DNA of 7,114 nucleotides from a virus. Its lineage: Duplodnaviria > Heunggongvirae > Uroviricota > Caudoviricetes. The translations under genes and the position numbers were made by a program. The stretch spans positions 1-7,114 of IMG/VR virus record IMGVR_UViG_3300019374_000122. One strand, given 5' to 3'. A model generated the notes under the pieces. That model made no database searches, was not told the origin of the DNA, and was given only the letters and a program-made list of their open reading frames with translations. Below, piece after piece: positions 1-6,379 of the stretch (position 1 is its first letter; every line of letters begins with the position of its first letter).

Positions 1-140
1 CCCCACCCCACCACCAATGGCAACAGAAAGCGATTTAGGCCATCCGACATACTCAAGCGCGGATGCAAAGGGCAAAGTCAGAGCGCCACATAGCAAAATC
101 TCGAGCGTTTTTTGCTTCCACCCCCCACCACCGACAATAA
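1..140. repeat. Direct repeat copy 1 (about 96% identical to 322..461, offset 321 bp); holin 3'-region sequence
   Basis: Base-by-base alignment of 1-130 with 322-451 shows 5 mismatches; identity decays over 131-140. The 321-bp offset is a multiple of 3. Confidence 0.9.
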
Positions 141-243
141 CATCATAACCGTGGTTACGTGTCGGTTGTCGCCCGTTATCCGTTCCTTCTGACCATGCAA
201 CCATATCCAGGAAAGCTTTACGCTGGGAATTTAGTACCTGCAT
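1..243 (-). CDS. Endolysin (lambda R-type lytic transglycosylase) 5' portion, fused in-frame after codon ~39 to a diverged copy of the holin 3' region; ORF runs off the window at position 1
   Basis: ATG at 243..241, with AAGGAG at 250-255 six nt upstream and directly after the holin stop. Translation MQVLNSQRKAFLDMVAWSEGTDNGRQPTRNHGYDVIVGG closely matches the N-terminus of phage lambda R as I recall it (MVEINNQRKAFLDMLAWSEGTDNGRQKTRNHGYDVIVGG...). It then continues GGWKQKTLEILLCGALTLPFASALEYVGWPKSLSVAIGGGVG, which is holin sequence. No stop codon before the window edge. Confidence 0.6.
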   Translation of the reverse strand, partial: MQVLNSQRKAFLDMVAWSEGTDNGRQPTRNHGYDVIVGGGGWKQKTLEILLCGALTLPFASALEYVGWPKSLSVAIGGGVG

Positions 244-246
244 AAA

Positions 247-582
247 TTACTCCTTCGAGCTACCAAACTTGTTACCGATTACTCTCATTGCAGCCCCACG
301 AATAGCATCGACACCGATCAGCCCCACCCCACCACCAATGGCAACAGAAAGCGATTTAGGCCATCCGACATACTCAAGCGCGGATGCAAAGGTCAACGTC
401 AGAGCGCCACATAGCAAAATCTCGAGCGTTTTTCGCTTCCAGCCACCACCACCGCCAAAATAGGCGATGCGCAAACCAGCCATAACAATCGACATAATCA
501 CTGCGCCCAGCGGCGTATCTCCACGCCACCAGCTCTGAAACAACTCCAGCCAGTCCGGCCAAGTATTTGGGTTATGAGGCAT
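247..582 (-). CDS. Holin, phage lambda S family (class I, three predicted TM segments)
   Basis: Translation from ATG 582..580 (MPHNPNTWPDWLELFQSWWRGDTPLGAVIMSIVMAGLRIAYFGGGGGWKRK...GVDAIRGAAMRVIGNKFGSSKE) aligns in pattern with lambda S (…AMAYLRGRYNGGAFTKTV…IGTDSIGSLIKRFAAKKAG). It sits immediately upstream of, and is translationally linked to, the endolysin start. The track's longer ORF begins at an in-frame GTG at 678, inside the methyltransferase C-terminus, which I consider unlikely as the start. Confidence 0.8.
   Translation of the reverse strand: MPHNPNTWPDWLELFQSWWRGDTPLGAVIMSIVMAGLRIAYFGGGGGWKRKTLEILLCGALTLTFASALEYVGWPKSLSVAIGGGVGLIGVDAIRGAAMRVIGNKFGSSKE
322..461. repeat. Direct repeat copy 2, lying inside the intact holin gene
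   Basis: Same alignment as copy 1; this copy is embedded in the complete holin ORF. Confidence 0.9.
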
Positions 583-658
583 TTCGTCATCTCTCACCTC
601 GCGATATTTGCGGGTGCTGTGTTGGAAATAAAAAGGCCACGCAACGTGGCCACCAGAA

Positions 659-1710
659 TTATTTCCCCACCAGTTCACTTACCTCTTTCACCGTCTGATT
701 AAATCGCTCTGACTCAAGTTCAACACCTAACGCCCGACGCCCCAGCGCCATTGCCGCTTTTATTGTGGAACCGGATCCCATAAGAAATCAGCAACCAGAT
801 CGCCTTGTCGACTACTGGCACTGATTATTTGCCGGAGCATATCCGCAGGCTTCTCACACGGATGTTTACCCGGGTAGAACTGAACGGGTTTATGCGTCCA
901 GACGTCGGTATAAGGCACGGAAACTGATACGGAGAAATAGCGCCGGAGAGTTTTAAACTCATCCAGCAATTCAGAATATTTGCGATTCAGTGAATCATAA
1001 GATGCCACCAGCTGGTGGTGTGGTTGTTCCAGTTGTTGTTCCTGAAATTTCTCTGCCGCTATACGGGAAAACAGTGCCTGCAACTTCCGGTAGTCAGCCT
1101 CATTCGGCAACTGCCACTGACTGGCACCAAACCAGTGGGAAACCATATTTTTCTTACCTGTGGCTTCGGCAATTTGTTTTGCCGTTATACCCAGTTCGGC
1201 ACGAGCATCCCTGAAATACGATATCAGCGGTGCCATTATGTGCTGTTTGAGTTCCCTTTCTTTTGCCGCATAGCCGTCACTTTTGCCGCGATATGGCCCC
1301 TGGTAATGTTCAGCAAACAGAACGCGCTCTGTGGCAGGAAAATATGCGCGCAGACTTTCTTTATTACACCCATTCCAACGTCCGGACGGCTTCGCCCAGA
1401 TGATATGGTTAAGCACGTTGAAACGTTCACGCATCATGATCTCAATATCAGATGCCAGGCGATGCCCACAGAACAGGTAAAGGCTTCCGGCAGGTTTCAA
1501 CACCCGCCAGAACTGGGCCAGACAGTGGTCCAGCCACTTAAGGTAATCTTCGTCCCCTTTCCACTGATTGTCCCAGCCGTTGGGTTTCACCTTGAAGTAC
1601 GGCGGATCGGTAACAATCAGGTCAATGGAATCATCAGGCAGGGACTGAATAAAATGCAGGCAATCAGCGTTGATTAAATCAACACTGTTTATTTTTACAG
1701 TATTTTTCAT
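659..1710 (-). pseudogene. Beta-class DNA methyltransferase (N6-adenine/N4-cytosine, DPPY motif), disrupted by a 1-nt frameshift just before the C-terminal FxGxG AdoMet-binding motif
   Basis: The ORF 760..1710 carries IVTDPPYF near the N-terminus and ends ...DLVADFLWDPVPQ*. A different frame from ATG 781..779 reads MGSGSTIKAAMALGRRALGVELESERFNQTVKEVSELVGK*, with stop at 661..659, which is the canonical motif I and C-terminus. A single missing base around 782-790 would restore one continuous ORF. Confidence 0.75.
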
Positions 1711-1860
1711 GGATCAGTAAGCGTAACTCTGGTAGGCTCACTCTGCTTTTGCGCTAAAGCAGTGGGCCGTGGTTCGCTTGTGACCAGTAGGCATGAGCGA
1801 ATGGCTGGCAGGTGCTACCAACACCCACCAGCCGCCCATTTTCACAGCAGGAAACCGCCA

Positions 1861-2064
1861 TTACTGGCAGCGTCTGAATTTATTCCCGTACCCGCCGTTA
1901 TCCTTCGCCAGACCCGCCAGAACTAACTGAGTCAGTATTAACTGGCACCGGGCTTCGCTTACTCCGGTAGTTCTCGTCATCATGCGTGGCGTTACCCACT
2001 TGTCAGCAGGTAAGAAATGAAGGACTGCGGCGGCGGTTTCTGTCATATCTTGCTGTTTTAGCAT
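1861..2064 (-). CDS. Small hypothetical protein (67 aa), possibly DNA-binding; function unknown
   Basis: ATG at 2064..2062 is preceded by AAGGGA about 7 nt upstream on the minus strand. Translation: MLKQQDMTETAAAVLHFLPADKWVTPRMMTRTTGVSEARCQLILTQLVLAGLAKDNGGYGNKFRRCQ. The track ORF extends to a GTG at 2148 with no RBS. Confidence 0.4.
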   Translation of the reverse strand: MLKQQDMTETAAAVLHFLPADKWVTPRMMTRTTGVSEARCQLILTQLVLAGLAKDNGGYGNKFRRCQ

Positions 2065-2185
2065 GTTTTTTCCCTTCTGGTTAACATGACATACCAATAA
2101 CTCTTGTCTAAAAAGCCAGCAAGATAAAAAGCCAGTATTCACGACCACCAGCGTGTTTACTGTACTGCACCAGGTTTACAGGTAC

Positions 2186-2207
2186 AAAAAAACCGCTCAG
2201 CGGCGGG
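2186..2207 (-). terminator. Candidate intrinsic terminator for minus-strand transcription (short GC hairpin followed by U7)
   Basis: Minus-strand RNA reads cccgccgcugagcgg followed by uuuuuuu (plus-strand A7 at 2186-2192). The stem is only 4-5 bp, so this is weak. Confidence 0.3.
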
Positions 2208-2287
2208 TTTAAGTTGTGTGGCGAAGTAACCACTCTTAACAGATTACAATGTTTTTTGCGGACCGCGCTAATGATTTCCTCTTTTTT

Positions 2288-2317
2288 TTGTTGTATTTTT
2301 CACACGGTTGCTAAAAT
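2288..2317 (+). promoter_or_regulatory. Candidate sigma70 promoter for the plus-strand island (-35 TTGTTG, 18-nt spacer, -10 TAAAAT), preceded by a T-rich tract
   Basis: TTGTTG at 2288-2293 and TAAAAT at 2312-2317, with a T-rich UP-like tract at 2281-2300. The implied leader before ATG 2333 is very short, so the exact start site is uncertain. Confidence 0.35.
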
Positions 2318-2332
2318 TATTTCGGATCGATA

Positions 2333-3274
2333 ATGAGTACAGAAAATAAGAATAAAACTAGGCGAGTGAGAGTTGGTTTTTTCACTGGTAATGGAAGCAA
2401 AAAAGATGGCACATCTGCTGCAAAACTAGCCTTTGAGCAAATGACCACAGCAGATACTGTAACTTTTCCAATAACTTACACAACAGACACCCCAAATCGA
2501 GGGTTAAAGTTAGTTATTCTTCAAAAAGATACCACACTGCAATGTTACTTTGGTTACGTATCGTGGAGAAGGGAATGCCTACTACCGTTCATCGAGGATG
2601 CTACAGGTAGTGAGAGAACAATTCCTTTAAATGATAAAGATTCTGTAGTTGAAAGAACATATTTTATCTATTACTACGAAACGGATTTATTAGCTATGAC
2701 CCTCAACCATATAGGGCCCAAAGTAAATGATCTGGCATTCATTTTGTATAACAAAACTGATTTAAAAAGCGTCACTTTTGAAGCCATTTGGAAACAAGAG
2801 AGCATGAAGGAACTGCTTGAGGACGGAAATATCCTACGTAGTTTCGATCTTATAGTTGCTGCTCCAAGAAACTTTAACAAAGCTAATTATAAGATTAAAA
2901 ACCCTTTAGCTAATGAAATTATTGACATGGTTGTTGGTATGGGCGGGTCGCATCTAAGATTAAATATGCGAGGTCGGATTCGCCCGAAAAAACAAGGTTT
3001 TAACTATCTAAAAACTTCTGTCACCGATGCTATTAAGGAACTACTTGAACTTTTTCCAAAAGGTTCTGGAGGTCTAAAAATTAAAAAAATTGATGTAACA
3101 GAGCCATCCAATAGAACGCCCAAAAGTCTACTTGACCAAGTATTGGTCAGTACAAAGACAATCATTGTCAAAAGCGGTTATCCATCCGATTCTGATATCA
3201 GAACGGCGATGATATCTGCTAAAATTGATAACGCGAACTATCTTGCACAGTATGAGCTCGCTAGCAGAGACTAA
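2333..3274 (+). CDS. Hypothetical soluble protein (313 aa), first gene of the AT-rich island; candidate sensor component of a phage-exclusion/abortive-infection module
   Basis: Long uninterrupted ORF in an AT-rich segment (about 38% GC in a 100-nt hand count at 2333-2432, against about 48% at 4201-4300 in the flank). No Walker A, DPPY, HNH or other motif that I recognise. Its stop is 22 nt from the RBS-led start of the membrane-protein gene. Confidence 0.8.
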   Translation: MSTENKNKTRRVRVGFFTGNGSKKDGTSAAKLAFEQMTTADTVTFPITYTTDTPNRGLKLVILQKDTTLQCYFGYVSWRRECLLPFIEDATGSERTIPLNDKDSVVERTYFIYYYETDLLAMTLNHIGPKVNDLAFILYNKTDLKSVTFEAIWKQESMKELLEDGNILRSFDLIVAAPRNFNKANYKIKNPLANEIIDMVVGMGGSHLRLNMRGRIRPKKQGFNYLKTSVTDAIKELLELFPKGSGGLKIKKIDVTEPSNRTPKSLLDQVLVSTKTIIVKSGYPSDSDIRTAMISAKIDNANYLAQYELASRD

Positions 3275-3295
3275 TAACCAAGCATGGAGGACACA

Positions 3296-3745
3296 ATGAG
3301 AGAATTAGCCACTTTTCTCTGGAAATGCGTCCTCTGGATTCTGTTGACCTATGCAGCGACAAAACTGTTTAAACCGATGAAGCATGCTGACGTACTCACA
3401 ACAGCGGGGGTGCTCTCGACTATATCAGGCATCCTGTTTGGTTTTGTTCTGGCTGCAATATCTATATTTAGTAGTGCAAACAGCGATAAGGAAGGAGCAA
3501 TTAATGCCCTTAAGCAAAACAACGTGTTACCAACTCTGGTAAATCGATTACTTTCAACAGGGTTAACTCTCATCGTCGCATGTATATTTCCATTGATAGC
3601 GATGTTTCTACCAGATGATGTTATTGTTGCGGGCAAACCTATTGATTTCCTATTCATACTGTTAGGCTTATCCTCCCTTATAATTTCGCTATATACCTTC
3701 GGAAGGTGTTGGTTAGTGTTACGAAAAATCTTCCCCCACTTGTGA
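3296..3745 (+). CDS. Small integral membrane protein (~149 aa, four predicted TM helices); candidate effector of the island
   Basis: GGAGG at 3286-3290 lies 5 nt upstream of ATG 3296; an alternative ATG at 3284 has no RBS. Four hydrophobic stretches: LATFLWKCVLWILLTYAATKLF, VLTTAGVLSTISGILFGFVLAAISIF, LPTLVNRLLSTGLTLIVACIFPLIAMFL, PIDFLFILLGLSSLIISLYTFGRCWLVL. Confidence 0.8.
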   Translation: MRELATFLWKCVLWILLTYAATKLFKPMKHADVLTTAGVLSTISGILFGFVLAAISIFSSANSDKEGAINALKQNNVLPTLVNRLLSTGLTLIVACIFPLIAMFLPDDVIVAGKPIDFLFILLGLSSLIISLYTFGRCWLVLRKIFPHL

Positions 3746-3774
3746 CAGGTTGGCCTCATATGGGGCCAACCTGT
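3745..3774. terminator. Perfect 11-bp inverted repeat (acaggttggcc / ggccaacctgt) with 8-nt loop, between the convergent island and Q; likely bidirectional stem-loop terminator or insulator
   Basis: Left arm 3745-3755, right arm 3764-3774, loop tcatatgg. It overlaps the stop codon of the membrane-protein gene and lies 7 bp from the Q stop. There is no adjacent U-run on either strand. Confidence 0.5.
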
Positions 3775-3780
3775 GCAACC

Positions 3781-4149
3781 CTAAGCGTCCATTTCAAGGT
3801 TAACATCCAACATTGAAAGGCAACCATCAATAAATCCTTCGGCTAGTTGTATTTCTATGCGTACCAATTTTTCATCCTTTCCACGCACCTTTGCAATCTT
3901 ACGCTTGGATATTCTGTATAAATAATGTGCCACAAGCAGCGAGTGCTCATCTGGCTTTTTTTGCTTTAGACGAGCAAGACAACCTTCAATAATTAATGCA
4001 TCACTATCTGAACAAGCCTGACGTGTTTTGCTTGTGTAGGGAAGAAGCCCCTTAAACCCAGCAGCTATAGGCGAATAGTCTACTCCAGAACTATCACTCG
4101 CCGCCCATGCTCCCCAACGCTCCAGAACCATCTGAATATCACGCATCAA
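3781..4149 (-). CDS. Late-gene antitermination protein Q (phage 82/21 QuuD-like family)
   Basis: Translation MMRDIQMVLERWGAWAA... matches the N-terminal signature of QuuD-type Q proteins as I recall it (MRDIQMVLERWGAWAA...). GGAG lies 7 nt upstream of ATG 4149. Position upstream of the lysis genes fits. Confidence 0.85.
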   Translation of the reverse strand: MMRDIQMVLERWGAWAASDSSGVDYSPIAAGFKGLLPYTSKTRQACSDSDALIIEGCLARLKQKKPDEHSLLVAHYLYRISKRKIAKVRGKDEKLVRIEIQLAEGFIDGCLSMLDVNLEMDA

Positions 4150-4163
4150 CTTTCTCCACCAAA

Positions 4164-5159
4164 TCAGGCCAACACACCAATCGCCAGCGCGCGATCGATA
4201 AAACGAAATATCAGCTCCAGTTGGGAGCCATACTTCTCTTCAAATGCCACGGTATCCGCATGCAGCTCGTCGTGATGCTTTCTGCACAAAGGCAACACAA
4301 AGAGGTCATGCGCTTTTGTACCCATTCCACCCTGACCGTGACCTATCAGGTGGTGGGGATCATCAGCAGGCTTTCCACAACATGCACACGGCTGTGTCTT
4401 AACCCAGCGCGTGTACTTTTCATTAACCCAGCGGCGGCGTTTTGGGCGTAACATAAAAGACTCCGGCGACTCCGGATCCACTTTCAGCGCCAGCACCTTT
4501 TTCGCCTTATCCTGGATGATGCTGGTGGCAGGAACCGAAGGCACAAGGTCACTTTCCCGGGTGACAGACGGCACAACAGGCTTCGGTAATCTCAGTGCCT
4601 TACGGGCTGCACTTTCCGGTAAGGCATCTGCCAGATCATTACGAATCAGCCACCAGCACAGTTCCGGCATTGTCACAACGTGACTATCATCAAAACCGAG
4701 ATCCCGACGCACAACAGACAACACCCAGCGGGCACAGTTATCCGTTGCCATTGATTCCAGCCGTTCCGTGAACTGATCGCGAAGCTGGTTATCGCAGTGC
4801 CAGCACAGACGGATTGCGCCCGGCGCGTGTCGCATTGTGGTCATGTTCTCGCTGTGCCAGTCGGAATGAGGCCACTGGCAGCCTTTTTCACGAAGTAACC
4901 AGCTTTCAAGACATTCCACCCCACCAGCACGACGAATCACTGCCTCATTACGGAACACGGCCAGAACGGCAGGATCATCCGCCAGCGGTTGTGATGCCGC
5001 AGGAACGGCACCACTGGCGAAAGATGAATAACGCTCCGGCTCAGGCTCCAGCAGAACACGGCCCTGCATAAACAGGGGCATCAGCTCTGAACCTGGCCTG
5101 AACAATACGATCCCCATACGCGGGGCAATTTCAGGGGTCAGTAGTGCTCTCACGGTCAC
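4164..5159 (-). CDS. DUF968-like prophage protein with C-terminal Cys/His-rich (HNH-like) motif; start codon uncertain
   Basis: 331-aa ORF; C-terminus PCACCGKPADDPHHLIGHGQGGMGTKAHDLFVLPLCRKHHDELH. The track start is a GTG at 5159, one nt after the KilA-N stop, with no clear RBS; internal ATGs are alternative starts. Confidence 0.65.
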   Translation of the reverse strand: MTVRALLTPEIAPRMGIVLFRPGSELMPLFMQGRVLLEPEPERYSSFASGAVPAASQPLADDPAVLAVFRNEAVIRRAGGVECLESWLLREKGCQWPHSDWHSENMTTMRHAPGAIRLCWHCDNQLRDQFTERLESMATDNCARWVLSVVRRDLGFDDSHVVTMPELCWWLIRNDLADALPESAARKALRLPKPVVPSVTRESDLVPSVPATSIIQDKAKKVLALKVDPESPESFMLRPKRRRWVNEKYTRWVKTQPCACCGKPADDPHHLIGHGQGGMGTKAHDLFVLPLCRKHHDELHADTVAFEEKYGSQLELIFRFIDRALAIGVLA

Positions 5160-5160
5160 C

Positions 5161-5970
5161 TCAATGAACGGTATCGAGCAGCTTTAACAGCTCAGTGAAT
5201 CGGGATTCGAAGAAATGCGGCTGCGTCTCGCGCGGATTTGCAGGACTGGTGATGTTCTTGCCGAACATGCAGCCTTTCGCCGTCAGCGACCAGAATTTTT
5301 TGATGTTGTTAATCGCTGTACGGCTGTATCGTTCGCGCTGTTCGACGATCCCCAGCTTCGCCATCTGGTGATATGCCTGATTAGCCGTCAGGCGGATACC
5401 ATACTGCTTCAGCAGTGCACTCAGTGACAGCGTGGGGCGGCTTGAGCCATCAGGCGCGTCAGCAGGAACATCAATGGCATAACGCGGTGCCAGATTCGGT
5501 AAGCCAACAGCCTCCTGGAGTTTCTGACAGGCCCCAAGCACAGATGAGTTAGACAGATTTAACTCCCGGCGCATAAAGTCCAGCAGAATCACGCCAGCCT
5601 GCATCTTGTCAGCAGCCTGTCCGGATAACTTTTCCGGCGCGCTGGTTACCATATCGAAAGTACGGATCACCTTCAGATGGAATGACGGGCTGATCCACAT
5701 TGCATAGGCATACACCAGTTCCTTACAGACATACGTTCCCCGTTCATTTCCCCCATGAATCACACTAACTGGGTCAACACCCAAATTCTGGGTGTTGATT
5801 AATTCATGAACAAGATCAACAGTTTGTTGGCTGGAAAGAAACTTTCCTGGCTCCTTGGTTCTGGCATTTGCACCAGATGCTACTGCTGCGCGATGCAGAT
5901 CGTTCAGGCTGTAACGCTCATAAGCATCACGACGAACTTCAATACCATCAATGACCATCAGATTATTCAT
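5161..5970 (-). CDS. KilA-N domain protein (Roi/antirepressor-like DNA-binding protein)
   Basis: N-terminus MNNLMVIDGIEVRRDAYERYSLNDLHRAAVASG... fits the KilA-N pattern. ATG 5970 is preceded by GAGGGG about 8 nt upstream. Confidence 0.7.
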   Translation of the reverse strand: MNNLMVIDGIEVRRDAYERYSLNDLHRAAVASGANARTKEPGKFLSSQQTVDLVHELINTQNLGVDPVSVIHGGNERGTYVCKELVYAYAMWISPSFHLKVIRTFDMVTSAPEKLSGQAADKMQAGVILLDFMRRELNLSNSSVLGACQKLQEAVGLPNLAPRYAIDVPADAPDGSSRPTLSLSALLKQYGIRLTANQAYHQMAKLGIVEQRERYSRTAINNIKKFWSLTAKGCMFGKNITSPANPRETQPHFFESRFTELLKLLDTVH

Positions 5971-5989
5971 ACTTCGTTTCCCCTCTTAA

Positions 5990-6379
5990 TCAGGCAGCTG
6001 CACCCGCCGTTTTCTCGTACTTACTGATAGTGATCTCGACCTTCCCTTCCGGGATAACCGGTCCCCACTCCACCAGCATTCTTTTCACCTGACTGTCGTC
6101 TTCCCACACCCCCGCGTGGGTCAGGGCGTCAAACAGCGCCTTGTTATAGTTGTCCAGATCGCGGATCCTGTTATCCGGAGGAAACAACACGATCTCCACT
6201 GAAGCAGGTGCCGACGTTGGTTTCGGCAGACGACGTAACTGCTCAACTATTGCTGCGCACGCCGCGCTCTGGAATTTTCGCCCCGCCGCGCTTATCAGGC
6301 TCTTACCAGCAAACGCCCCTTTGTTGGGGTGTCGCCAGTACGTGTTCACGCTGGGCGGAAAAGGCAGGATCAGCTTCAT
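5990..6379 (-). CDS. rusA: Holliday junction resolvase RusA
   Basis: MKLILPFPPSVNTYWRH...RIRDLDNYNKALFDALTHAGVWEDDSQV matches the E. coli RusA pattern (PWPPSxNxYYRH...[28 protein letters not shown]), including the catalytic Asp cluster. Its start overlaps the upstream stop as ATGA. Confidence 0.9.
   Translation of the reverse strand: MKLILPFPPSVNTYWRHPNKGAFAGKSLISAAGRKFQSAACAAIVEQLRRLPKPTSAPASVEIVLFPPDNRIRDLDNYNKALFDALTHAGVWEDDSQVKRMLVEWGPVIPEGKVEITISKYEKTAGAAA

Noticed and set aside
269-562. Short ORFs (269..463 plus, 374..562 minus) inside the holin gene
   Set aside because: These are alternative frames or antisense of the holin, with Pro- and Trp-rich low-complexity translations and no RBS.
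583-678. In-frame GTG at 678 as an extended holin start, or an antiholin-like long form
   Set aside because: It lies inside the methyltransferase C-terminal coding region and has no RBS; ATG 582 has an upstream GAGGTG. A long-form antiholin cannot be excluded but is not supported.
1015-1677. 220-aa plus-strand ORF
   Set aside because: It lies entirely antisense to the methyltransferase gene, which has clear family motifs; it has no recognisable motif or RBS. Likely a shadow ORF.
1711-1860. Possible tRNA in the 150-bp gap between the methyltransferase and the small ORF
   Set aside because: tRNAs often follow Q in lambdoid phages, but I found no GTTCRANYC T-loop, no cloverleaf and no CCA-adjacent acceptor stem on either strand. 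Only a 7-bp palindrome (about 1741-1765) without a U-run is present.
2333-3745. Assignment of the island to a named defence system (Kiwa, CBASS, Zorya, Gabija and similar)
   Set aside because: Gene order and sizes do not fit Kiwa (membrane protein first, DUF4868 partner), and no nucleotidyltransferase, ATPase, TIR or nuclease motifs are visible. Only the RexAB-like architecture can be stated, and sequence homology is not verified.
3349-3759. 136-aa minus-strand ORF overlapping the membrane-protein gene
   Set aside because: It is antisense to an ORF with four clean hydrophobic helices and a strong RBS. Its translation has no recognisable features, which is typical of the antisense frame of a hydrophobic gene.
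3700-3790. Lambda-like late promoter (pR') immediately downstream of Q
   Set aside because: Expected by analogy, but the only hexamer resembling a -35 (TTGCAC at about 3772-3777) has no properly spaced -10. I cannot place the late promoter from sequence alone.
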